Notes: generated from the sequence alone by a model not told the origin. A DNA stretch of 64,000 bases from Callorhinchus milii (GCF_018977255.1 NW_024704742.1:1054001-1118000), one strand, 5' to 3'; counted from the first letter of the stretch, positions 26,871-40,747 are shown. A program made the numbers and translations.

Positions 26871-27049
26871 ATGTTACAATATATTTCCTACTGAGTGTGA
26901 GTGTGTGGGATGTGGTGGAAGATCCTATATTGTTTCAGAGGTGAGAGCACTACTAACTGAGTCAAGGTGACCCTGGAACGTTGATGCCTATATTAATGTT
27001 GTTGGAATAGGAAATCATTCACAGTTTAATCTTGGAAGTTATTCTGTGT

Positions 27050-27365
27050 CAACAACAACAACAAAACCAACTTGCTTTTGTATAGCATCCATCACGGAGG
27101 ATAAGGTGTCTGGATACTTTCAAAAGATGGGGTCGGACAGCAAATGGGGAAGAGGGGAGAGTAGGGGGAGGGGGCAGTGATCATAGGCATGGTTGAAGAG
27201 GTAGGCTATAAGATTGGACCTAAAGAGAGATAGGAGAGAGATGAGATGTCGAGAGTTCCAGAGGTTAGGAGGCATCGAACCTGAAGTTTTGGCCACTGAT
27301 GGTGACCGGAGGGGATGGGAGACATGCAGAAGCCCGAGTTAGCCGAGCAGAAGGGGCAAACGGGC
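27050..27365 (-). mobile_element. Old L2 3' fragment
   Basis: (aac)n tail plus homology to the other L2 3' UTRs. Confidence 0.65.
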
Positions 27366-29721
27366 AGCTCTCATATCAATAGCGCTCACAAACCAGTACG
27401 TCTACAAAATCGTCAAAAAATTAAATGTCACCGCAAAATATTCAGCACAGTGGAGTAGGGCAGTGACAAACAGTTGTCATCAATGGAAGGTTACTATTAG
27501 CAAAAAACAAAGGATGTCCCTGTGTTGCATCATCATTGAGTGCATTCAAGGTACAAAGGTTAATTCGTTGCCGCAGCATTTGGACCAATGAGTGACAGAG
27601 TGTTATATTGCTCCACAGGCCGGGGAAATACACTTGAGGCATTTCTCCAGCCGATTGAGCCTCGTAAATCTGAAAGCTTCTTAAAATTAATCACTCGGCC
27701 TCACTCCACACCCCCGCGCACGCACACGGTCCCATAACTTCTGATCACGCTGTTTCCAAGAGAAAGCTGTAACACGCAGAGCACACAGGAGCGTCAATCT
27801 TCCCATAAAGTTTAGCAACAAACTGGATGGAAAAGATGTATTACCGTCAGTAAATAAAACGGAACCTGGATCGTTTCAAGGTGGCGATCTTGGCAGCCAT
27901 CTTCTCCGTACCTTGGCATAATTGATGAAGCCTCTTGTGAAGAGCAAGATTCCTGCAGGGGGATGGAAAACAGTGACACACGCAGTTAATGACTTCAACG
28001 CCACAGTCACTGTAGTTTGCCACACCCGTGACTTTCGCACTGCGTTGAGCGCTGTGGTTAACGTTTACGAAGACAGTTCTGGCGTGTCTTTTTTTTCAAA
28101 TAAACTGGAAAGGATGGACTGCAGGCACACTGCTGATCGTAATCTTTCCATTAGTTCTAGTGCCTTTCACATCAGGAGGACATCTCAAAGAGCTTCACAG
28201 AATTTAGTGTCAAGTAAATTTTGTGTATTTGTAGGCAAATTTTGCAGCCCTACTGCAGTTACCTTGTTATTTGTTTTTACACCATTGGATATTTCATGTA
28301 ACAACTAGAAATGATTTAACTTCTAAATCAAGTGAAAATATAGCAAATGTTTGGATGAGTGAGCAGAAGTTGATACATAAATAGGCCTTTGATGTTTATT
28401 GCTTGGGTGACCTTAATCCCAACATTCTCCTTCTCAAGAATAACAGAGGAGAGTATGTTTATCGACAATGTTAATGACACGTTAAGAAAAATAGGTGAGA
28501 GCCCTGTATGACTTAAATATCAATTGGAAAACAAACAGATTATTTCTGCATTAACAAAACAAAAAGCAGCAGTTAATGACCGCACAGGAGCAATATTGAG
28601 CATTTCTCACAAGATCGGGAATATAAAATAATGAATGCCCTTCAGTCCATTTGATCTCATCCTTCCAATATACGCACTCCACCATCTTCACATCACAGCA
28701 TCAAGTTATTTCTTAATGTCTGAAGCAGCTAAACCGGTGGAGATCCCTAGAACATATACAGATAAAGTTTGTGTGGAACTGTGGGCAATATATTGATTGG
28801 AATGTGAAGATGGTAGAGGAAAATTTTCAGAAATGTCACTGAAAATCCTTGTGACGACTTCAGGGATTGACACTCGCGCAATTTTGGTGGAGGAGGGAAT
28901 ATAGCAATGCACGATATTGACTCCGTGGTCCTCATAATTCAGAAGACCTAGCAAAAATAGTTGGAAGAAAGTTTATAACCTAAAGATAACCACCAAGATG
29001 AAGTAGTGAGACTGAAGTATAGAGAGACCACAGACATCTAGGCACACCAGAGAGATAGCAACAACAACCGGCAAGAAAAACATTCACTGTTTGTTCAAGA
29101 GCTCTGAGACACTACACCAGGTGAAGAGAAATATATAAATGTAAGTTCTTGTCGCTTGCATCTTCTTTCAGAAATCTCACAAACTAGAAGTCCACATGTC
29201 CAAACGTTGCACTTTTAAAAATTAGTAAATGATAATAATCCTTACATTGGATATAGGCCATTTGGCCATTTGATTTGGTTTGATTTGGCCATCCGCCAAA
29301 CGACTAACAACCGTGTGGACTAAGGAAACTTGCCTAACATTTCGCCCTTCCCGGGAATCGAACCCGAGTCCTCTTGTTTGCAAGGCGAGTTCTCTAACCA
29401 ATAAAAAACAGGACTCCACAAATGTAAAAATAGCATGGGAATAAACATAATCCAATGGTAGAGGGAGAGTGAGTGCTAAAAAAAATACGTTTTCATTAGG
29501 AAGAAGGTGTGAATTGCCTTCCCTGTTGCCTAGAAGACATATGAATGTATATGTGCATAAGATGCATAATCCTCCCCCATTGTATTTTAATTTTTACTGG
29601 TGATCATCTTCAAAGAGAAATCACTGTAGATCAAAAAAACTTTTCAACTTATAAACTCGAGCCGGATAGAAGTTTTTCAGGTGTGTTGTGTGCCGAGTCT
29701 ACTGCAGGATTTCATCATCCA

Positions 29722-29808
29722 TCACAGTGTGTGGCCAACAGAGTAATCTTTTTTGTTCAGTCTTTGAAGAACAAAAACTGCGAATCCACAGAGGAAAAAG
29801 AAGCAAGC
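29722..29808 (-). pseudogene. Probable terminal NDFIP-like exon carrying a +1 frameshift
   Basis: Phase-1 acceptor gtgtctctgcag|GC TTG CTT CTT TTT C CTC TGT GGA TTC. Removing one base from the T5 run gives GLLLFLCGFAVFVLQRLNKKDYSVGHTL*, compared with NDFIP2 GLLLFFRGFVNY and NDFIP1 GFLLFLRGFINY. Confidence 0.45.
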
Positions 29809-32800
29809 CTGCAGAGACACTCTTAGTGCTGAAAGGCCTGTGAGTATGGAACACTCTGAAGGCTTTGTACCATACAATTATGCTCAACCAGTTGTAAATT
29901 GGGTCCCAGTGATAGAAGTGGCTGCAAGTAAAACGCGTCTCAGTTTTCCTGTGCAGACTGCAGTACAATACGTCTTTGGAAAGAATTAGGGGTGTGTAAG
30001 TAGTATTGTACACGCCTCAGTAAAACACGGTCGCTGTTCGCCGGGGTCATGATCAGCTTGTGTTATCAGAGGGCATACGCACATTAGATCAGTCCTGCTA
30101 CGGTCATGTGTCGTTTCAAAGCACTTCACAAGATTTTATTGTGTATCTTTGGACACAGCAACGTCCCATAACAGCCGTAAAGCAAATGACCAATTTTATT
30201 TGGGGGATTGCTGGCCAGGACACCGGGAGAAACTCTTCGCTTTTCAAGCCATGGGCTGTTTTACTGTCCACCTGAAATGCCAGACTTAACATCTCGTCCA
30301 AAGCACGACCCCCTCCAATGCAGCTCACCACGAGCACCGTAATTCAGCATCAGCCTAGACTGTGAGTTCAAAGTCCCCAGTGTGAGGATTGAACCCATAA
30401 CCCAGCGGCAGCGACAATTGTGTCTCCAATGTGTCTCCGATCGCTGCTAGGTGGAGTCTTGCGCACGCTCGAGAAAAACAAGAGGCAGCACTGATATTTA
30501 CCGCAGTTTTGACGGTTTTGAATTGATAGTTTTATTTCCAGACGCGAAAAAAAAGAATACTCTGCGCATCCGGCTTTGTTTTCAATTGGATTCAATAAGG
30601 ACGGAGTTCTATCACTCCCTCCTCTTGTCCTTTTTGATCACGAGCCACATGTCACCTGGTGGCAATCGACTGGTTCGAGACCCCCCGGTGTAGGGGAGCG
30701 AGAGATGCAGATGAAGGATCCAGAGCTTGCTGGGTGGATGGCCTCGCGGGGGAAAAAAATAAAAACATAATAATAATAATAATTTGGTCACTTCAATCCA
30801 CAACTGTTTGTGGGGACGCTGCTGTGCTCATCGGCTGCCGCGTTTCGCCCACAAAATATACAGTCAGTTCACTTTATAGTTTATTCTGTGAAGCGCTTTG
30901 AGTCGACTTGAAGGCGTGATAAGGCGCTGTATCAACTGTAAGGATTACTATTTTACTGTTATTATTATTATTATTGATGGTAAGTGGGGTGTACCGGGAG
31001 CTGAGCTGAACTGGCTCCAAGTTGACAAGCTTGACTACAGAGGCAGAGGATAGTTATTAAGGAATAAAGGAAAATGTGAAAGCAAATCTTACGCTTGCAG
31101 CAATCTATTGGTGAGGACTGTATTAGGGCATTCTCGCTAGTTACTCCCATCTGGTTTGGTGAAATCGAAAGTTATATACATTGTAAGGAAAAATATACTT
31201 ATTTCTCGAATCCTTTAATATTTTCTGAGCAAATATTAAACGAATCGCGAGGAATAATTTCCCTGAATGTCCCCACCATGACCATATTTTAGTGCCCAGA
31301 ATTATTCCTCGTCTCCTGTTATTCATAAAAGGAAACAAAGTACTTTTCTGTATACAGTAAAATAACTATTCCACATTCACATCACTGCACCTTATGTCTT
31401 GTAAGGTCATGTTATTAAAATCTCTGTATGGAAGGCTTGTCTCTGTAACCCAAAATGAATTGTTGCAACGTAAAGGCATGAAATTCAGTGAATCCTTATT
31501 ATTATTCAATTATAACAATAATAATCTTTGCATTTTATATAGCGCCTTATCACGTCTTTGAGACGTCTCAAAGCGCTTCACAGAATATACTGTGAAGTGA
31601 ATTGATTGTGCATTTTGTGGGCAACAATTAACATTAGCAGTTGGCAAAGCCAAATAATTTTAGGATGGAGCCTTTATGATAAAACACAAAACTGCACCGC
31701 AACACAGGATTGAGGATTTTTGGTCTGATGAGCCTTGAAGGAGATTTTGCAGAGTTCCAACGGGTTGTGTTATGCACGTCAGGTTAATGGCAAGACTCAA
31801 TATGAGCACATCGTTTGTGAATGCAGAGGCCTCAAATCCCACCTTGTCTTAGATTGTAAGACTGCTTTGGCTTGACATTTAAAATCACACAGATCTATGG
31901 AAAGAAAATTCATCAATTCATGCTTAATTTGGGAGCTGGTTTTCAGCAGATCTCAGAAAGAATTGCTTCCCAAATTAAGACGGAATTAAGGAATTTTCCA
32001 CCATTCAACACCATCTTAAGGTGGGTGCCAAAATGGTTTCGCAAGCCAAAAAATTCTGTTACGACTGCTGCATTTTAGATTTTTGACCCAGCTCAACAAC
32101 AGACTGGAAGCCTCACCATGAACTGGCAGTGGACCAGATTGCTTAATCAACTCCAGTGTGTTTTAAGTATATAATGAGCAGCACATCCATTAAACACATG
32201 AGTCAGCCAACCAACTGCTTGCTACCTGACTGCTTGCCAAAAGACACCACAAGATGTGTCATCTAGGAAACTCCAAATCAAATCCAGTCAGAAAGGGAAG
32301 AATCCACAACCCGACTGTTTGCGAACACAGCCCGAAGTTAGCGAGCAGTCACCACAACAATATTACCAATCACCTCCATTGAATCAAAACAGGTTATACC
32401 AGAGCCAGCCGCACCTTTTAAAAAAAAACAAGCATTATCGCAGGGTTATTTTTTTTCCCCCTACCGATTGTTGCCAGTTTTGCTCAGACCTTTGCCAACA
32501 CTCTTGCTTTCTCAACAAGCACATTTGCTTAATATCGAGATGAAAATATGGCTATTGCCAGCATTAGTAAATGATACGATGACACAGCAAGTCGTGCCTG
32601 TGAGTTGGCCTGCGGTGATATTGTTGTAGCTACCAACAGGAATGCTTTATGGAGAAGCAGTCAGGGAGACAACTATTTATTTTGGAATACAGTATTATGG
32701 TCCTAACTACTACTAAAAATAAATAAATAAAATAAAAATAAAAATAATAATCCTTGCATTTGATATAACAACTCATTGAATCACTGAAAAATTCATCTTC

Positions 32801-33649
32801 AATTTTCAACAGGAGTATTGGCATGTCATAGCGTTGCGATGTAGAAAGAACTGTACAGTAAGAATCCATTATAGTGGAAAGAATAATAATTCATTACAAC
32901 AACAACTTTCATTTGTATAGTGCCCTTCACGCAATCCTTGTGTTCGGCATAGCACCTTATCATGTTGAGATGCCTCAAAGCGTCTTCACAGAATATATTG
33001 TAAATATATTGGCTGTGTGTATTTGTGGGCAAAACTTGGTAGCCAATTGCACACAAGAATAGCCCACAAACAGTCATGGATTGAGTGACCAATTTTTAAA
33101 TATACTGTACACATTTAGAGAAAGAGAGAGTCCCAGTACTAGAGCTGCATGTATACTACCACAGTGATTATAGGAACACCCATGATTCGCACAGGGTGAC
33201 CAAAAAGTTGTGATACCATTACAATGCCTAATAAGTCTAAACGAAATGATGATATATAAATTTTTAAATTGAAATAATGGGGTAGATATCATAAATTTTT
33301 GGTCACCCTGTACTAAAGCAAATATTGCATTGAAGTACAACTAGTAAAGCTTCATTTATAATTGCTTTGGTGCTCAGCTCTAGTTATGACTTATTCTTTC
33401 AAGATGTGAACGTTCAGATTAATTTACACTCTGGACTGAGTTTCAAAATCAGGAAATTCCAAGTGACGACATTTTTAATCCAACCTCACAGTGTACAGAA
33501 TAGCACTCTACTGAAGTATACCCATTCCTGTCATACAACTGTCTCTCACTGAATCTCTCTACCCTTATATCAATTCGTCTCTCTTTTCTAAGAATACCTT
33601 CAGGCATTTTTCTGATCTAATATTGGATGCTTATTACTCAAAGGAATCT

Positions 33650-34355
33650 CTCATCCACTTACTCACTCCCTCACCATCTCAACCACTTGCTCACACCCAT
33701 ACACTCACCATCTTGCCCATTCACCTACTCACACTCATACACTCACCCTCTTGCCCACTCACCCACTCACCATCTCACCTATTCACCCACTCACACCCAT
33801 ATACTCACCAACTTCCCCATTCACCTACTCACGCCCATACACTCACCCTCTCGCTCACTCACCCACTCACGCCCATACACTCACCCTCTTGCCCACTCAC
33901 CCACTCACACCTATACACTCACACTCTCGCCTCTCGCCCACTCACACCCACACACTCACCCTCTCGCCCACTCACTCACCATCTCACCCAATCGCTTACA
34001 CACCCACACACTTTTCATCTCACCCACTCACTCATACACCTACTCACCCACATACCCAGTCACCCAATTGTTCAGTAACTCACTCATCCAGTGACAGTGA
34101 CTCACTCATTAACACACCTATATACCCACTCATTAACACATTCACTCAGTCAAGGATACCTGCACTCACTGACTCACTCATTGACATATCCATCCACACA
34201 CCCACTCAGTCGCGCACACTCTCATCTACATACCTGCTCACCCACACACTCTCATACATTCGCTTGCTCGTCCACTCACTGACACGTTCGCTCACGCAGT
34301 CACCCCCACCCACTCTATCATTACATCCCCACTCATCCCACTCACGCACACCCAC
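33650..34355. repeat. Degenerate (CACT/CACC)n low-complexity satellite
   Basis: Recurring actcacccactcac and cccatacactcaccctc units. Explains the His/Thr/Pro-rich ORFs at 33623-34584. Confidence 0.9.
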
Positions 34356-35127
34356 ACACGCTTTATCATTTAGGAAAATGGATGTTCCACATTGCCAGCA
34401 ATCTGATTCAGACATCCTGTCTCAGGCTAAGCAGCTTGACCAAAGCCAGCAAGGAAAACATGGATCACTAGGGTTTTCATGCATTCTCCATTCCTCTCCA
34501 CACCCAATAAAGCTCCAGAGGCATTGGCACTCACGCAAGCCACAGACAGCATTCACTTGCCCGACAACAACTCTCAACAACTAATGGCTTAATACAGACA
34601 ATGGCAATATGCGTGTTCCAAGCAGCATTTTGTCTCGCTGCCAAAGTGCTATAATTTTTAAGAGGAACAGACAAACCCAAACATGAAATTGCTCAAATTG
34701 AGAAAATGATGAGTATTCATGCATCAACCTGAAAATAGCCAGCTTGAGGTAAACGCAGGATGTATAGTTAGTTCATTTCACATCTAAAGATTTAGCCTTG
34801 CTATTATATGCTGCAAGGATAATCTGTTTCTGACAATTATACTAGTTCCTGTTACTGCCTCTGCTTTGGACCATTGTAAGCACAGCTGTATCTATTTACA
34901 TGATTGTATGGATCAAGTAAAGTATTACAAAACATGGATACAGAAAGGATCTTTATTCCTATATACCTGCCTGTACTTGTTCAACTTAAAATAAAAGCAA
35001 AGATTAAAAGTCTTTATAAAACACAGAGGAGCATTGAGCTTGGAGACTGTCTCTACCTCTTCCCATTCGATTAGGCAGCCACCCCAACCCCCACCTACAA
35101 GACTAGCAAAAAACTCAGACAACAAAA

Positions 35128-36990
35128 ACAACTTGCATTTATATGGCGCCCTTCATGCAGGGTAGCATTTCGGAGAACTGATCAATGGCAGAGTTTTACA
35201 CTGAGTTGGGGTGAAAGGGCAGGTGACCATAGGCTCAGTCGAAGAGGAAAGTCTTCAGGCGTGGTCAGAAGATGGGCAAAGAGGGGACAAGGTGGAGGGA
35301 TTGAGGCAGGGAGTTCTGGAGGTTAAGGACATAGTGGTTGAAAGCATGGCTGGAGTGGATTGGTAGAGGGACGTGAAGAAGGCCTGAGCCAGCCAAGCAA
35401 AAGGGGCAGGCAGTGGAGGTAGAGGAGTGGAGAGGGAGCAGGTTGGAGAGGTAGGCAGGTTCTCTGTCATAGAGTGATTTGCAGGTGAGTATGAGGAACT
35501 TGAAATTGATCCATTCTGTGAAAGAGAGCAAATGGAGCTTGGCAGGGACTGGGGTGATGGGGCTGCAGAGTTTGATAAGGGTGAGGAACCAAGCAGCAGA
35601 GCATTGAATCAATTGGACTTTCAATGAATGGTGAAGCTGGGGAGACCCACAAGGTGGTCATCAGAGAAATCGAGGCAGGAGGTAACAAAGCGGTGGGTGA
35701 GGGTTTCAGCAGTGTTGGTGGTGAGGCATGGTTGAAGGCAGGTGGATATGGCAGAGGTGGAGGAAAGCAGTGCTGGTCAGTGCGCCAGAACTGGAGTAGG
35801 AAAGAGAACTAAGGATTCGACTAGACACCTGGTTTCACCCAAATTTGGAGAGTCTGAGAGACAGGCCGGGGCGGTTAGGAGCCCCGAGCCTCAAGTGAGA
35901 AGGCCTTGATGGGAGCCAAGGAGGGGGAGTTTCTGCCTTGTCCATGTTTAGTGCAGAAAGTTGGCGCTCATCAAAGACCTCATCACTACTGAAGTAGCAG
36001 CGATACGTCCAGAGAATGGAAATTCCTCTTTTGTTGTCCACTTGCTGAGGTCGGAAATGTCAAGGCCGTGGGTGATGATGAGGTCAAGTGCCTGACCATG
36101 GTTGTGGGTCGGTGAGTTTATATGAAGGGTAAGGTTTAGGGAGGAGAGGAGGGCAGTGAAATCAGCAGAAGTGGTACAAGGGGAGTTTAGGTGGAGGTTG
36201 AAATCGCCCATTATGAGCAGGCGCTCGGAGCAGAGGGACAGGGAGGAGAGGAGAGTAGAGATGTCTGTGTGGAAGGAGCCGGGGAGCTTGGGGGGGGGGG
36301 CGGTAGACAAAGAGGATTTTCGAAGGGAGAGAGGGGTGGAAGAGGGGAGGTGCTCGAAGGAGGGGAAGCAGCCAGAGGAGCCGGGGGTGAGACCAAGTGA
36401 GGCTTTGGAAATGAAGGTCACCCCGCCACCACGTTGGTTTGGACGGGGGGTGCGGTGGAAGGTGTAGCCTGGAGAGGAGGCTTCCACTAGGGGGACGGGG
36501 TCATTGGGGAAGAGCCAGGTTTCGGTGAGCCCAAGAATGTCAAGGTGCTCGTCCAGGATGAGGTCGTGGATGGTGAGGGCTTTATTTGAGAAGGAACGGA
36601 CATTTTGGAGGGAAATGCGGGTGGGTTTGCTGGAGGGAGGGGAGGGAGGAGAGTGTGATGTGAAGAGTTGGGGAGGATACGTATGAGAGAAAGGGGAGTT
36701 GGGCTTGCCTTAAGGAAGCGGTTTGAGCGGAGGGAGTGAATGATGGGACACGTGGGGTTGCTGCTCTGGGACAGCCAGTGCCAGCGGAAGATGTCCAGGC
36801 TGGAGCAGAGGGAAGTGGTGATGGGGTCGAGGGAAGAGAGAGAGAAGGCGGGGAGGGCGGTGGGAGAGAAGGACAGAGGAGGAGTAATGGATAAAGGGGG
36901 TGGGAGGAGAGACATAGAAGGGGGCGGGAGGAGAGACATTTAGAGCGGAGGGGGAGGGGGAGGCTCGAGTCGGGGCAGCAGCCAAAATGT
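35128..36990 (-). mobile_element. Internally deleted L2 LINE (APE endonuclease, RT C-terminus and 3' tail)
   Basis: QNVRSFSNK...LGLTETWL...PGYTFHRTPRPNQRGGGV...IMGDFNLH...SPTHNHGQALDLII (ORF 35948-36487). Then KVQLIQCSAAWFLT...PITPVPAKLH...FKFLILT, ending in an aaatgcaagttgtt tail. Confidence 0.9.
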
Positions 36991-37109
36991 GCATACAGAG
37001 ACCGGGAGAGAGCGATCAGTGGGACGACATCAGCCCTCAGGCTCAGCCTCCCAGGTCATGGCCGGTTTATCATCTCATCTGAACGACGGCATCTCCGACA
37101 TTGCAAATC

Positions 37110-37192
37110 TCCACCACCCCACCCCACCCCATCCCATCCCACCCCATCCCACCCCAACCCACTCCACATCACCCCACCCCAATCCACCCCAC
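37110..37192. repeat. (CCCCA)n-like pentamer repeat
   Basis: ccaccaccccaccccaccccatcccatcccaccccatcccacccc. Confidence 0.85.
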
Positions 37193-38150
37193 TGCAGCAC
37201 TGCACTGGAGGGTCAGCTTAGACTCTGTGAGTTCAAGTTCTGTTATTAAACAATATGCTGTGTACTCAGCGAAGCATTTCGGTGCCTAAAACCCTTTCTA
37301 GAGAACTGTATAACCTACTCTCTGCAAACACTGACCTTCTTCAGTATAATTAACAGATGATCGTTCAGCCCAAAGCAGGATTACTTTGCTGAAACCGAGG
37401 AGAAGAAGGTGACATATTCAAACTGCTAACTATGGCTCACGCTGCACACGTTCATCTGCTTGAGGAGATCTGCTCGTTGTTTAGTCACTGCACACTCATG
37501 GGCCTTTATCAGATGGTGATCATCCTCCACCTCCCCCTTTTTCCAACCCAAGCAAAACTTTCGCTGGGCCATTTGAGATGATTTAAAAGGTGATTGTTTT
37601 TAAAGCCAGCAGCAGAGTAACCTTTCCTTCCCGCGCTGCCCTGGGCTCATTCCACTTTGTTTGCAAATTATCCATAATGCATAGGTACAAATAATTCCTT
37701 CGTAAATCAGCCAGGAAACCCTACTGTTCAAATCCCACCACCACCCACCCCCCACCCCCGACCACCCCTCACCCACACCCTCAATACGCAATGAGCACAG
37801 CCGCCCTTTTCAGAACGGGCTAAAAGGAGCAAAATGTAGAAGACTCCCATTATCATCAATGTCATCACCAAACTAGGTTTAACGCGGATCAAATTAGTGA
37901 AGAATTTTGTGACATAATCGAGCAGTAATTGCTCTGAGCGCCCAGTGCTCGCCAGAACCTGAACAGATTGATAATGTAGGCAGTGATATAGGAAACATCA
38001 ATCAGCTATAGTTACTCAGGCTGGTTTAACCTAAGCACATGCTAAATCACAAGTCTTTGCTTTGATCTCGAGTTAAGGGAACTGCAAATCATATCAATAA
38101 CAGATGTTAATGGGTGGAGGAAGGTGCACGAGGCTGAAGGGGACACTTAC

Positions 38151-38272
38151 TACTGTAACCACAGGATCTGTTGTATCATAGACTGGTTTTTTCTTACTTC
38201 CCTTTGGCATAAATACACACATCAAACTGTCAATCTTCTCGCATGCACAAAGAAAGTATTGGAGCCAAAGAC
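38151..38272 (-). CDS. Candidate internal exon, product unidentified
   Basis: Strong acceptor ccctttgcctttgtcatctgcag| and donor |GTAAGT; 122 bp, phase 1 to 0. Open reading: (G)LWLQYFLCACEKIDSLMCVFMPKGSKKKPVYDTTDPVVTV. No family recognised. Confidence 0.3.
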
Positions 38273-38597
38273 CTGCAGATGACAAAGGCAAAGGGCAACA
38301 AATATTCATGTGAAACAACACCTGTTGCCAAAAACCGGGTGAGTAGAAAACGAGAATAAATGTGGACGTGCACTGGTTTCCCGAGCACTATATTGCTCAG
38401 AAGACACATTCTAAAACATACCTGCCATCTGTAATTATGAGTAAGTAATGGCGATGACAGGAGCATACCAGACTGTACCTCACCCTTAAGATACAGTTGG
38501 GAAGCAGTGTTATTTTATTTGAATTGATCTGAAAAAAAATTCGGAAGCCAATTTTTCTCCCGGTTGCTAACTTCAGTGACAATTGTGATGTGCACAA

Positions 38598-38987
38598 ATA
38601 ATAATAATACTATAATAATAATTATCCTTGCATTTGATATAGCACCTTATCACGTCTTCGGGATGTTTCAAAGCGCTTCACAGGATATTGTAAAGTGTAG
38701 TGACTGTGCATTTTGCAGGTGAAATGTGGCAACCAATTGCGCACAAAGGTGCTCCACAAACAGTCGTGGATTGAATGACCAAATTATTATTTTTTGTTGG
38801 AAGGAATTATTTTCCCTGGAAAGCGATCCACCAATCGACTGACAAGCGGGTTCCTACTCACTGCTAGGTAAACAGAGACATGTGGAGTAAGGAAACTTGC
38901 CTAAGGTTTCCCCCTGTCCGGGAAGTGAACCCATGTTTCTCGCTTGCGATGCAAGAAAACTCTAACCACTGAGCTACAGGGGACTCC
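38598..38987 (-). mobile_element. Full-length tRNA-derived SINE, long subfamily
   Basis: From the (aat)n tail to the accactgagctacagg head. Confidence 0.88.
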
Positions 38988-39249
38988 AAATGGGGAGATG
39001 GTGTGTAATACTGAACAATTTGTCCAATTTTACTCCTGGCATTCCTGCTATCCTCTGCAATGAGTTAAAGCAGTCAAAATTGTGGTATTTCTAAACACAT
39101 TCCGTTCCACTATTGAGTTAGTTGGGTTGTTATTCAGTGGATCTGCGCAGCATGACCTGAAAACAAAGTGCTTGTGAATTCTATTTGACATTCTGGTTTA
39201 TATTTCTCGTGCATCTTTTGCTTGGTTCCTGTACAGCTGAATATCTCCT

Positions 39250-39500
39250 CCACCCTCCCATTTTTCTCCCGCTCTCTGGACTTCCACTCCTGGAGTCTCT
39301 CTGACTCGCTCCCTCCCTCCCTTCTTTTCAAGGCACGTCAAGACCTAACTCTTCGACCCCTCCTTTGGTCATCTTTTCCCCTCTCCATCTGTCACCATCC
39401 CACCCAACCTCTCTGGGCTCCCACCCCCAGTTCAGGTGCCCAGCCAGTAGTGTCAAGCACTTTGAGATGTCCTCCCAATGTGAATAAGGTGCTGGGCAAA
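39250..39500 (+). mobile_element. L2 3' fragment
   Basis: ttcaaggcacgtcaagacc...cttcgacc...tttggtca...agcactttgagatgtcctcccaatgtgaa. Confidence 0.65.
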
Positions 39501-40747
39501 TGTTATGTTTCTGGAAGGGAAACACACATATTTTGCTTATACAGCCAAAAGGTTGGACAACCCTGGTCTAGGCTCACACACAAATTCAGTGCTGGGGGAA
39601 CACTGTGTTGTTGGAGGTGCTTTCTTTCAGATGATCCATTAACCAAGGTCCCGTCTGTCTGTGCAGATGAAGGATAAAGATCCCATGGCACTATTCAAAG
39701 GAAGGAGGGAAGCTCTCGGTGTTTCTGCAACAATCCCCCTCCCACAAACAAACTGGTCACTCACTTTACGGTTGTTTGTGGGACATTGCTGTGCGCAAAT
39801 TGGCTGCTGCATTTGCCTACAAACTGCGTAGTCACTACACTTTACAGTAATCGTGTGAAGTGCTTGGAGATACTCCCTCGCCCCCACACACGTATGTGAA
39901 AGGACCATGGTACCCATCAATAATGTTTTTCTCTTCTCCAACATCAATAGTATCTAAAATCTCACAGAGAAGTGGCCTATTGCCTGCTCACGTGCTGGGA
40001 ATTCTTTCAAAGCTGGTTTCCATCACATGTCTTCTGTACCCCTCTGCTGTGTGTTAGTTTTGTCTTTGAACTTAGGAGCAGTAGTGACTGAGCCGCGGTG
40101 ATGTATCCCATGAAAACTGCTTCCTGCAGTCCATTAACATTGTGGCATGTTCGCTTTATTGTGCATAACCCTGCTGTTTGCACCATTATTATCTTGTTGA
40201 GTATATTATTGCTATCGTTTCTCTGTCGGTGCAGCTTTTAAACACATACTTACAACTTCGGCTTTCCCTAATGTGCATAGTCCTCTGATGCTCCTGCACC
40301 TGAGCAATTAACTTCTGCACCACATTCAGGTTGCTTGAAGAGTGAAGAGACAGCACTCACACTGCTGCCAAGAGTAGCTCATTCTTCATGGTTTGGAGTG
40401 ATGACCTCCACCAAACCAAATGCAAGTTGTTGCTGTTGTTGTTGTACCTGTAATAGCATGCCTGGGGCCTCATCTGCAAAAAGGATTTCCTTTATTTGCC
40501 ACCGAGCCAGTGTGGCAAATAAAGGGCTCCAGGACTTCTGTTCACCACAGCTGGATTCCGAGGACTTTCTCTTTCAACCTTTGAATCTTTTTTGCGGAGT
40601 GAGAATCTCATCACAGGGCCACTTCATCTTTGCGTGATGTGATTTTGTAAACACACAATGACGAAGGAATCTATCGTAAGTAAATCGTCCAAAATCTCAA
40701 CTTAAAGACCACCCCATGTATTTGTAACTCATGCTACAAATAACACT

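Noticed and set aside
33623-34584. Longest ORFs in the window (151-277 aa, His/Thr/Pro/Ser-rich)
   Set aside because: All three frames are open because the (CACT/CACC)n satellite lacks stop codons; this is not a gene.
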